A DNA stretch of 64,000 nucleotides, from positions 129,231 through 193,230 of the forward strand of contig JAQGDQ010000447.1 of the NCBI GenBank assembly GCA_030141605.1, given 5' to 3'. The notes under the pieces are model-generated. The model was not told the DNA's origin. It worked only from the letters and a program-made list of their open reading frames with translations, and made no database searches. The stretch comes from Tubiluchus corallicola (lineage: Eukaryota > Animalia > Priapulida). The position numbers and the translations under genes are program-made. Each line of letters opens with the position of its first letter. The stretch's first letter is position 1. Shown here piece after piece: positions 53,476 through 64,000 of the stretch.

Positions 53476-54354
53476 CTAAGCGGATCTGCCCAGTCTACTT
53501 TGCCCGAAACACCATTTCCTGGTGGCAAATAAGTAAGCGCAAGTCAAGATGATAAAAAGAAAACCACCCATCGCACCCGCAAGTGCCAGGTCTATTTTTA
53601 AAATGTCACCACTAAAAGCTTTTGGGTTGACGTTAACTCGAATCTGCTCTGACACGTCATTACCAAGGTAATTTTCAGCAGTACAAAAGTAGATGCCTCT
53701 ATCATCGCTGCGTACTGAGGAAATTTGAAGTGTTTTCTCTCTGTGAACAACACTTCCTAGAACAATTTTCCACTCAAAAAACGGTTCAGGATTGGCGTCT
53801 ACGTGGCAAGTGAGTTCTAATGAACGAAACTCATTCACAGTAACAATCTTTTCCTTAGGAGCAAAAACCACCGGTGGATATGTTACATTTAATTCGATTG
53901 AAATCGAATGATTTCTTGCTACTTGCAGCAACACCGCTGTCAGTCTAGTTCTGTGATCAGCTTTTCGCAGAGGTGGAATACTAACTGTACTTTCTGCAAG
54001 CTTCTCTTGGCCGTTGTAGCTGAAATTATACGAAGTTAATTCCACTGGCTTCTCTACTTCATTGTAAGGATAATTTAAACGATACCACTTAATATCACTT
54101 CTACTCGGAGGAGGTTCAGGACTTTCAAAAACACCTTTCAAGTAGAAATTCTTTCCAATCTCCTCAATCACTTGACGTCTATTTATTAGAACTATTCCGC
54201 TTGAGGTAATGAAATACTTTTTATGCAAGGATATCAAGAAAGACGTTTCACAAAGCAAATAACCAAAAGCTACTGATAAACCCACGAAACGCAACATGTT
54301 ATCCATGCTTGCGTGTTGATGTGAAAAACAGAACAATAGAATCGCGTTGGTCAT
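53476..54354 (-). CDS. Intronless type I membrane protein with two Ig-superfamily domains
   Basis: Hydrophobic N-terminal signal (likely start near 54306). I-set-like domain LELTCHVDANPEP..W..LQISSVRSDDRGIYFCTAENYLG. An upstream Ig-like domain ends LNVTYPP. TM segment LALAGAMGGFLFIILTCAYLF, then a short tail. Confidence 0.88.
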   Translation of the reverse strand: MTNAILLFCFSHQHASMDNMLRFVGLSVAFGYLLCETSFLISLHKKYFITSSGIVLINRRQVIEEIGKNFYLKGVFESPEPPPSRSDIKWYRLNYPYNEVEKPVELTSYNFSYNGQEKLAESTVSIPPLRKADHRTRLTAVLLQVARNHSISIELNVTYPPVVFAPKEKIVTVNEFRSLELTCHVDANPEPFFEWKIVLGSVVHREKTLQISSVRSDDRGIYFCTAENYLGNDVSEQIRVNVNPKAFSGDILKIDLALAGAMGGFLFIILTCAYLFATRKWCFGQSRLGRSA

Positions 54355-54527
54355 GATTGTTATCTACAGTGGCCTGTTTTCTACTTCCATTTTTGTACGT
54401 ATCTTCGAGTTTTTCATGACTTCGAACCGCACAATGTTAAAACCTGTAGAACCAATTGTTGACTTTTTCTATTATTCTAATGATCCTACATAGTAAACGA
54501 ATAATTATACTTCCAAAAAGTTTCAAT

Positions 54528-54898
54528 AAGCCTTTTCGTTGTGCGCACGCGCAGTTGCTGCAGGTTAAAGGTTAAGTGTACCACAGCAACGCTTCTTAAC
54601 TACAACCGTCACGTGACATGTGTGTATAACAAAGCCGTCGCGGTACAATTTCAGTAACTTCAGTTGTTTTACGTAAACTTTACTTAATTATACGTTAGTC
54701 CGTGATTTACTAGCAGGTTTTTGCTTGGGAACAAGAAAAATGAACTAGGTAAGGTTCTAGCTAGCTGTTAAAACTATCACTATTATAAACAGCACGGGCT
54801 GCGAGTCGTTGTCAAGTGTACACAAACGCGTTGTCTGGTTCACTTAACCTTTGACCTTTTCACGTTCATCATCAATCGCTGGAACAGTGAAAAGGCTT
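54528..54898 (+). mobile_element. MITE family B
   Basis: TIRs with AAT/ATT flanks, about 170 bp upstream of the Ig ORF. Confidence 0.88.
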
Positions 54899-55339
54899 AT
54901 TTATCTGAAAATCTAATGATTTCCCCCGCGTATGCAACGACATCTAGTGTTGAAAGATCGAAGCAATGAATAATGGGCGAGTTCCAGTCAAAGATATTGC
55001 GTCACAGATTAGACATCCTGTGAAATTCAGGGAAATGCATCAGCACTTTGATGAACGCTCACGTCACTCTAATCAGCGTCATTCACTCTCTTATTATTGC
55101 TGTTGTTGTTGTTGTTGTTGTTGTTGATGATGATGATGATGTTTCAATGTTGTTGGTGTTGCCACTGCTGCTGCAGCTGTTGGTGACTTATCATTGTATC
55201 ATGCTATTATTGTTGCTATTGTACTACTTCTTGTTCGTCGTTGTCACTGTCGTCGCTGCCGCTTCGTTGTTATTGTTAACTTTGTCGTCATCATTGTCAT
55301 CGCTGCTGTCGCTGCTGTTGTTGAACAAAGACAAACAAA

Positions 55340-55529
55340 TTCTGGCTGTCTATACAGACCTAGGGACGGTTTTAACGAACAACTTTATTCGTAAGGTCGT
55401 TCGTAACAAGTTTCTCGGCTGGCTTATGATGGAATTCACAAAAGTTTCGTGACCTAAAGTTAAGAAAAAAAATTCTTCGTAAGTTTCTTAAAAAAATTCT
55501 TACAAATGTGTTAATGAATCCGGCCCCAG
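55340..55529. mobile_element. Small TIR element (possible Harbinger-type MITE)
   Basis: Imperfect inverted ends CTAGGGACGGTTTT...AATCCGGCCCCAG. Confidence 0.45.
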
Positions 55530-55811
55530 AATTTTACCTGTTCTAAGCCGTATACTTGATATCAATCACTGATGACAGCTAGTAATTTCAAGGTTGATTG
55601 TGTAGCTAATAAGATACATGATTAGTCAGTTAGGCAAACAGAGTCTGAGCGAAGCGGGAAAAGTGAACCCAGTAATTCATTCTTCTTGGGGGCATGCTTT
55701 TCAATTTCGCATTCACCATGCGCCTAAAAAGCAAATTTTGTGCCAGGAGATTATTGCCAGGGTGTGCTCAATGTAAATAATTGTGGCACGACGTCAGTAT
55801 CAAATAAATAT

Positions 55812-56187
55812 TCGGGGTGAGCATCGAACCCTTGAATTCTATTCGAACGAGTTTTTTTAGTTCGAACTCGATTCGAATCCAAAACTATAGATTCGAATAA
55901 TTCAGCACTTCAATCACATATGTTCTTTATCACTAAAACGATTGAAACAGCATGCAATTAGTATAATTTAGTTGTGATTTCTGCACACAATTTTAAACAA
56001 ATTACTAGTCGTTTTATTGCAGAACAAAATCTAGTGATATGCATGATCTTTGTAAGACAAATTTTTGCTGGTGGTTCGAAAAATTGTTCGAAAATCTTTC
56101 GATCCCAATTCGAATTCGGTTCGAATTGGGAACACTGAAGTTCGGTTCGATTCGAATTCGCTTTCTGGTAGAGAATGCTCACCTCTA
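55812..56187 (-). mobile_element. hAT-type MITE (TTCGAA-rich), copy 2
   Basis: Reverse complement of 1669-2088. Perfect 8-bp TSD ATAAATAT. Confidence 0.92.
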
Positions 56188-56473
56188 ATAAATATCAGAA
56201 TAATAAACTAAGATGGAGAACTGAACGACCAAAGGTGTCTCAGCTACAATCAGTTATGCAATATATACGTCTATCTTCACTGGGAGAAACATCCACGAGC
56301 AGTGGCAGTGATAGTGAAACAACTCAGACCCTGGCAGTCCTCCATCCATTTGGTGACTAAGCTTGGCGTTCCTTACTTAGATTACTAAGATCCACTCGCC
56401 AAATCACCTGCCTGCAAAATCTTTAACATTTGTGAGTCAGATTTCATAAGTCAGGTTTCTATGAGTGTATTAT

Positions 56474-56773
56474 GAGTGTATCTATGAGCACTACGTGGGT
56501 GGTTAAAGTTTTGTAGTCATGAACGTATCTATGAGCCTTGAGTGTATCTATGAGCACTACGTGGGTGGTTAAAGTTTTGTAGTCATGAACGTATCTATGA
56601 GCCTTGAGTGTGTCTATGAGTACTACGTGGGTGGTTAAAGTTTTGTAGTCATGAACGTATCTATGAGCCTTGAGTGTATCTATGAGCACTACGTGGGTGG
56701 TTAAAGTTTTGTAGTCATGAACGTATCTGTGAGCCTTGAGTGTATCTATGAGCACTACATGGGCAGTTAAAGT
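56474..56773. repeat. 66-bp minisatellite, about 4.5 copies
   Basis: Seen directly. Confidence 0.95.
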
Positions 56774-57609
56774 GAAATTTTCAAATCTGGCATACAGTAA
56801 TCAACACGTTCGGTCCCAGAACGATCATTCTGAACTGTGAATGACATTGGAAGTGCTGATAAAGTCATAACATTAGCGCATAATGGCTCCTTTGCGTACC
56901 ATTTGCTTTTAACTAATTAAACGTTCTAATCTCGCCATCATTAGCTTGATCTATGGCATTAGATTTGCTTAAAATGCTAAAAAGGTTCTTGATCACTATA
57001 TAATGCATGTCCAACGACAACGTAAAAACCTTTTTTTTACACTTTTTTACGTTTTTCACACTGCAGCCATTATCTAGCACGAAACAACAGGACTTACTGA
57101 TAGTATTGATGATTGCAGCGGGACCAGCACATAGGTCATTAAACCTAATTCAATAGATACTGGGAAATCTTATCTTTACCAGAAACGTTAAGCATTAAAT
57201 ACGCCTCGTATAAAAGCATATTGAGCTTTGTTAGTCTGCTAATACATTAATGTAGTCAGAATTGAATCTGTAACATGGCAAAGAAACATATAAATTAAGT
57301 GAAATGAAAAAAAATACGTGTGCAAATGACTAATAGCTAAATATAATAGTCAGTTATAGATGTTATTGTACTAGTGAAACCACAGATACATACGTCATCT
57401 ATAAACAAATAGCTTATAGACAAAGACAAAGACAAACGGCTCCTCCCTCAAGGAGTAGGGCAGATGAAACCCTGAAACTGTTTTTTAGGTCGTCGCTCAT
57501 TAATTTACTTAGCAAACCGAGCATTGCTCAACTTCAATCGCTTAGCACACGCAAGGTCTATTATTCGGTCCATCTTTAAAACTGCTCGGTCTCTAACGTT
57601 TATTTCACC

Positions 57610-57936
57610 TTCTGGTCTCGAACCTTAGGGTCATGTGGTGGCCTCCAACGTCAGTTTCTCCTGCTGGTCTCCAACCTTAGGGTCATGTGCTAGTCTTCAA
57701 CCTTAGGGTCATGTGCTGGTCTTCACTGTTAATTTCATCTGCTGGCCTCCAAACTTAGGGTCATGTGCTGGTCTCCAACCTTAGGGTCATCTGCTGGCCT
57801 CCAAACTTAGGGTCATGTGCTGGTATTCACTGTTAATTTCATCTGCTGGCATTCAATCTTAGGGTCATGTGCTGGCCTCTAGCCTTAGGGTCATGTTGTT
57901 GTTGGTTTGTGTGCTGGCCTCCAGCGTTAGGGTCAT
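57610..57936. repeat. About 26-bp degenerate minisatellite (GCTGGTCTCCAACCTTAGGGTCATGT)
   Basis: About 12 units. Confidence 0.85.
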
Positions 57937-58208
57937 ATGAACGAAAATCAGTTCACAGTCCCTAATGTTCAATATTTCGAAAGTACACAAGCTAGCCTAG
58001 TGACATAAAGACTATGTCGGTGATACTTACATAGCAGCCTACAGTATCAGAACGGTTGCGTCAGTTAAACCTGAACCAAAAGTCGTAAACAGAGAAGTTC
58101 GTAATGGCTATTGAAGCCAAGCTGAGAGACAAACAAATGATGAAGGATTGTTGCCGTCAATTGTTACTTAGAGCTACATTTATTAGGGCTATTTTTTAAT
58201 ATGTAGCC

Positions 58209-58689
58209 GAGGGGTTTGCAAATTATCTGACTAGCCGGGCCACATTAAACTTTCCCGCAATTCCTGCCGGCCACAGGCAGTTTGATCAAGGAGCCAAGTA
58301 CAGAAAGGCCTAATAACGATTTCTTGCATTCGACCTGCGTACATCATTACTACTACACCCAAGAAACTATTTTAGAAGTTATTAAAATTTATATTACAAA
58401 CCATATATTTCTACTTTCAGGACAGATAGTGGTAATTTCATTACAATGCATATTAGTAATGTGTATCACACAGTCTGTGTAGTACAGTGTTATTAAGCTA
58501 CAACCATCTTGTAAAGGTTAATGGCATCCGATCTAGTAGAAAAAACTACCCACACTATCTTTGGGATCGTGGCACAGACTTCAGCTGGATACACTCAATT
58601 AATCGCCAGGGCCGCACTTTCATTAGGTTGACAAATCTCTTCGCGGGCCGCACAAATTATCTCGGCGGGCCGCAATTTGCACACCCCTG
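58209..58689. mobile_element. hAT (Charlie-like) MITE
   Basis: Ends GAGGGGTTTGCAAATT...AATTTGCACACCCCTG. Perfect 8-bp TSD ATGTAGCC. GCGGGCCGCA subterminal motifs. Confidence 0.9.
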
Positions 58690-59807
58690 ATGTAGCCTAT
58701 ATAATAGTAAACTATTAGGTTCATAATGAATGATACAGACTGAATATAAATATTAAATGTAAAAGAATAGTTAGATTTTTACAAAACTGGCATTTCTTGG
58801 ATTTGTTAAACCTTATAGGTCCCTAGCAGCTAAATTGTAACGGGCGCATTTTGCAGTGCAGTAAGTGTCAGTGAGGCTATAAAACAGAAGACATTAACAG
58901 CCACTCTATAGATCCTCGAGAGAAAACAGCATTTCTTTAGTTAAGCTTTTATAGTCGTATCATGTACATTAACAAAACTCCTGTGAATCACCGTAACATT
59001 TGTCAGCCTCTTGCAAAACTGGCGATTTCGTTCTGTTTCATGTTTTCCGTCGTCCCCATCAGTAACTGAGCCATTGTATTGATGTCCAAATTGCAATTTT
59101 TCACTTTGTTATCGCAACCGCTCATAAATAAACACGATAAATCGACGCAAGTTCATTTAAAATTCACACCTTTACTTCAAATGAATAGGCTTCTTACGTC
59201 CTTCTTAATAATAAGTCTTCGAGGAATCGATTTTTATTCGGGTGGATCCACGAATGGGGTGTTTTAACGCATTGCAACGATTATTAGCAACGATTGCTAG
59301 CATTATAGGATTTTTTCCAAACAACAACTGCAGTTTTCCTTAATTAATGTGGACATATCGCCATTTTGTAAACAGTGGACAGGCAACTGCTTTCAGAAAA
59401 GAAGCGTTGCATCTTGCATGTCTGTAAAACGCTCATCTTGTTGTTATGATCAAAATCGGAAGCTTACGATGTTTGCTTTAATCGTTTGCGTTAGCTTACT
59501 TCATATTTAATTAAGATCAACATCCTCTGCCGGATGAAAGGGTGGATAAGCCAGAAGAAAATTCATTTCATTAATCAATTGCGTGAAGTGTTTTGATTTG
59601 AAATTGTCACGCATTCTGAAAAACACGTGAGAGAGATGTGAGGTGTTTTGATTTGCTAATTAATTGGCAAAACATTTGAGAAATCAGTGCGAAGCGAAGT
59701 GGGAGGCTGAGAGAAGAAACGGGAGAATTGTGAGAGGAAGAAAGAGAGAAAGGGAAATTTGATTGATTTGATTTTCCACTTTTTTCAAACGTAATATTCA
59801 TAGCAAA

Positions 59808-60400
<593 letters not shown>

Positions 60401-61071
60401 CGAAGGGTGAGACTGAGCGAGATAATTCTGATGAACGAGATCATGAAAGATACAAAAAGCTGCCCTATATTATCTGCTAACCGTCTGAATGCAATAATTG
60501 ATCTGGCATAAGTGAGAAATTAGCTCAGCAAAGTTTACTTTACCTCCCCACATGTGTGAGACAGTGCAACGGATGAGGATGTTATATTATTCACAACCGA
60601 AGCTGATCAATTAAACTAGGGTGTTGATTAAACACCTAGTCGCAGATAGACAAACCTTTTAACGGCAACTTTAGATTTCCATGTGGACGTAGTGAAGTCG
60701 TAGCGCCGTTTCCAGAGAACAGAGTCCATCTTGCAGGTCACGTGAGACTGTATGAGACTGTGTCCGTTATTTCAAAAACGAGTGACCAAAGTGAATCTTT
60801 GAATTACGAACATTAAAAAGTGGTTTGAATTATTGTTTTGTCTGTGTCACTATCGATGTTTCTCGTACTAAAAGTAGTGAAATAAGGATCGGTGTTGTAG
60901 ATAAATATCGAAAAACAAGCGTGTTGTGTCTACCCAATGCGCAAACTATCGGAGATAATTAGGGATAACCGAAAACGTACGTACCTGAGTAGCTCTTTTA
61001 TCACAAAATAATGATGTAGTCAAGTTTGAATAGAAATAAAATATGAAATAAAAATTTTAAATACTTGGTTG

Positions 61072-61303
61072 CTTATTTACTTACTTACTTTTTAGTTACT
61101 TTCGTACTTACTTACTTACTTACTGCTTGCTTGCTTGCTTGCTCGCTCGCTCGCTCACTCACTCACTCACTCACTCACTCACTCACTCACTCACTCACTC
61201 ACTCACTCAGATACACACACACTCACTCGCTCACTCACTCAGTCACTCGCTTACTTACTTTAAGTTACTTACTTACAAACTTACTTGCTTGCTTGCCTGC
61301 TTG

Positions 61304-61334
<31 letters not shown>

Positions 61335-61410
61335 ACCTACCTACCTTCCTACCTACCTACCTAGACATAATAACCAACCACCCATCTCACTCACTCACTC
61401 ACTCACTCAC
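61072..61410. repeat. Compound tetranucleotide array (TTAC/TTGC/CTCG/CTCA/CCTG/CCTA)
   Basis: Seen directly. Confidence 0.95.
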
Positions 61411-62193
61411 ATTTTAAAACTTGTAAATTTAAAATTGCAAGATAACAGTTGGGCACAGCCATTTCAATAAGCAGTCTTTCAGTAAGAGGTTTCAGAAGCA
61501 AGTTCAGATACCCCTGCTTTCAGAAAAAACGTGAAGTTATCTCTCAGGCTAGCATGGGTACAGTGAAGCCAGATGTGTTGATTCTAGAGCGTCATTATTC
61601 ATTTTTGCATCACCTGTAGAGTTTGTTTGACATGTTTGGCCGTTCTTGTATGAGAGGTTAGATAGCCGTAGAATAGGGAAAAATCCTGTTTTAGTGATAT
61701 AGAGGCCAGTAGTTGTGTGGTCAGTATGCCACTGTTGTAAAATCAGTATGTCTCTGTTGATTGATTTATTTTTGTTTCACGTTCTTTCTTCTTCTTTCTA
61801 TTGCAGTTTCACCTTTTTTACAACGAGTGGAAAATAAAATCTGTAAAACAAATAGCCTGTTTTCTACAACAAAAAATGCAAACTCGAGTCATATCCTCTC
61901 CCATACACAAGGGCTTACTCGCTTTATAGGCTCTTGGAGGTGACACTTGTTGTTGTAAGCTCTTTTGTATATAAGTGTGTATATAGCTGTGTAAATAAAC
62001 CCAATTGTACTACCTATACGTTTGTACGACGCTTTGTTACAGTAGCGCACACTTCACTAACCGAGCAAAAGTGTGAATTTCTTTATCTTGCCAATAAAGT
62101 TAATAATGTTTCTTGGTGGGCCAGAGACATTTTCCGGTACACACCGCGACAGTGAAACAGTGACGTTTTACCAGGTGGCACGAACATTTTGTA

Positions 62194-62684
62194 GGTTTTA
62201 CATGTCAAATGCAGACCTGCTTAACTCAAATGTAGATTTAGGTAATTCAAATGTGTCTTGGTAACTCAAATGTAGACTTAGGTAGTTCAAATGTGTTAAC
62301 AATGGTTTTCAACAAATCTTGAGCGCTTTTGGTAAGTCAAATGTAGACACATGTCAAGTCAAATGTGACATTGGTATCTCAAATGTGGATAGGTGGTAAA
62401 GTTTAAGGATGTTAAATTTAATCTTCTTTAATTTCAATTTAATAATTGCCCTTAAGTTAAAATAACAACGTTATAGGCCTACTAATAGATGCACTATCTT
62501 TGGTTTATCTTTTTCTAATTTGCACTTAAATGAGTTAATTACCGATTTATTCAAAGTAATGCATCTACATTTGACTTATCTAAGTCACATTTGAGTTACC
62601 AAAACACATTCGAAATTCCTATGTCTACATTTGACTTACCTAAGTCACATTTGAACTTTCCTGTGTCTACATTTGACGTGTAAA
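62194..62684 (-). mobile_element. MITE family A inserted in a family C repeat
   Basis: One TIR is intact and the other is truncated. Confidence 0.88.
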
Positions 62685-63123
62685 TTATTAATTATTATCT
62701 TTAAATTTAAGTTCATTTCACACCATATAAAAAGTAAACAATGTACATTGTTTTTTTCTTATCACATAAATCTTTCAAACAGTTAAGCCTAATGCTAACT
62801 AATATAACTTTGTGCAGAAGTTTTTTTGAGACATAGTTTAAAATTCCCCATAAAGTAGGCGTCTTTGTGGAAAGAGCAATGTGGGTTTTTTCGTTTCCTG
62901 CGGGTGTATCGTAAGTCAATATTCACCTTACATTTATATACTTTTTTAACAAACAAAGTAAAATTTCTTGAAGAAAATTGCAACCGTTGACCTAAAACAT
63001 TTGGATTTTTTTCATATTTGATGAAAATCTGAAAGGAACTATTGTACCAGTAAGCTGTGCTATTTTCCATACCTTCTTCAGGGACTTCAAGAGTTTTAGC
63101 GGTCAGTCCAAGGGCAGGCCGGG

Positions 63124-63593
63124 TGTCGTGTAGTTTGGGCTTCCCGATTCACCCGCCGTAAAGAAGCCATTGTGAATTAATTTACGTATAGCTGTAGGAA
63201 CTGGTTCGAGGAGTTAACCTAGTTAAAATAGGAAGTTAGTTGTACAGTTGATATGGAAAAGTCACCACGACAATTGGTGATGAAACCCGGGATTGAACCA
63301 GGGACCTTTAGATCCGTTTATTAGAAAGCATTTCAAGTGCAAAATAAAGACTATTTGTCGTGGTGACTTTTGCGACGACAGTAAAACAAAAACGAGAACT
63401 TTTCCTTCTGCCATAACGCTAATTTTCTTTTTCGAAAGCGCAATATACAGGTTTTCTGTTCCATCTCAACTCAACAACTAACTTCCTATTTTAACTAGGT
63501 TAACTCCTCAAACCAGTTCCTACAGCTATACGTAAATTAATTCACAATGGCTTCTTTACAGCGGGTGAATCGTGAAGCCCAAACTTCACGACA
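63124..63593. mobile_element. Inverted-LTR retroelement with extended tRNA-Phe PBS and 5-bp TSD
   Basis: LTR1 at 63124-63272 (+) and LTR2 at 63356-63593 (-), each TGTCGTG...CACGACA. CCGGG flanks both outer ends. Confidence 0.8.
63275..63314 (-). other. Reverse-transcribed 3' half of mature tRNA-Phe(GAA) including CCA (extended primer-binding site; not a tRNA gene)
   Basis: Minus strand GATCTAAAGGTCCCTGGTTCAATCCCGGGTTTCATCACCA versus metazoan tRNA-Phe positions 37-76 GATCTAAAGGTCCCTGGTTCRATCCCGGGTTTCGGCACCA, recalled from memory. Confidence 0.88.
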
Positions 63594-64000
63594 CCGGGTA
63601 TCTTGCATTGAGAAAATGTCTCACAGTTCATGAGTGATGAGGCAGGGCTGCATTTTGTTGAAAAATCACGGTGCTCAAGATTTCCATAGAACTTCAGTTG
63701 GTGATCGAAAGACCTCATGCCAGGCTGATTCTGCACCTCATGCTACAGTCGTCACCATTACAATGGGGATTCCAAATAAAAAAAATAAAAAGAATTGCTA
63801 AAGGCTCCTCTTGATCCTTGCAGTTTTCTTGTTGAATTTGGAGGAAAATTTAAAAGGAAATTAGAAAACACAGCGCGCAGCGACTTTTGAGACACCCTGT
63901 ATAAGTTCCACATATATTTTCTGTACATGATTCCTGTGCCATTACGAAGCAAAATATGGAAAAAATGCTGGAAGACAACATGGAATCACCAGAACAAAAT

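Larger units (their letters stand above)
62901..63901 (-). mobile_element. Decayed, internally deleted Tc1/mariner-superfamily element (host of the inverted-LTR insert)
   Basis: TIR TA|CAGGGTGTCTCAAAAGTC at 63882-63901 and a diverged partner near 62901. Minus-strand remnant VIFQQNAALPHHS*TVRHFLNARYP resembles FQQDGAPPH...VRxxLNxxFP. Confidence 0.7.

Noticed and set aside
63275-63314. Functional tRNA-Phe gene
   Set aside because: Only the 3' 40 nt are present, and CCA is encoded, which points to a reverse-transcribed mature tRNA.

Overview
AT-rich, repeat-dense genomic DNA of a eukaryote, most likely an invertebrate animal (spliceosomal introns, TTAGGG-type repeats, lectin/GPCR/Ig genes). Most ORF-track entries are translations of microsatellites or minisatellites. 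Host genes I can support: two exons of a divergent fucolectin/F5-8-like domain (+); a QPD-type C-type lectin terminal exon (-); an intronless class A GPCR with a 1-bp frameshift; a 4-exon gene assembled by hand that encodes a 153-aa secreted protein with an Arg/Lys-rich tail; and an intronless two-Ig type I membrane protein (-). The rest is mostly transposon debris: two abundant MITE families, several hAT MITEs with 8-bp TSDs, RTE and L2/CR1-type LINE fragments, a 5'-intact LINE ORF1, LTR-like repeats and a decayed Tc1/mariner element. Three transposon families have each given rise to a tandem array here. The most unusual object is at 63124-63593: two LTRs in inverted orientation, a 5-bp TSD around the whole unit, and a tRNA-Phe primer copy that runs 40 nt to position 37 instead of the usual 18 nt. 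All calls were made by eye, and no database searches were run.
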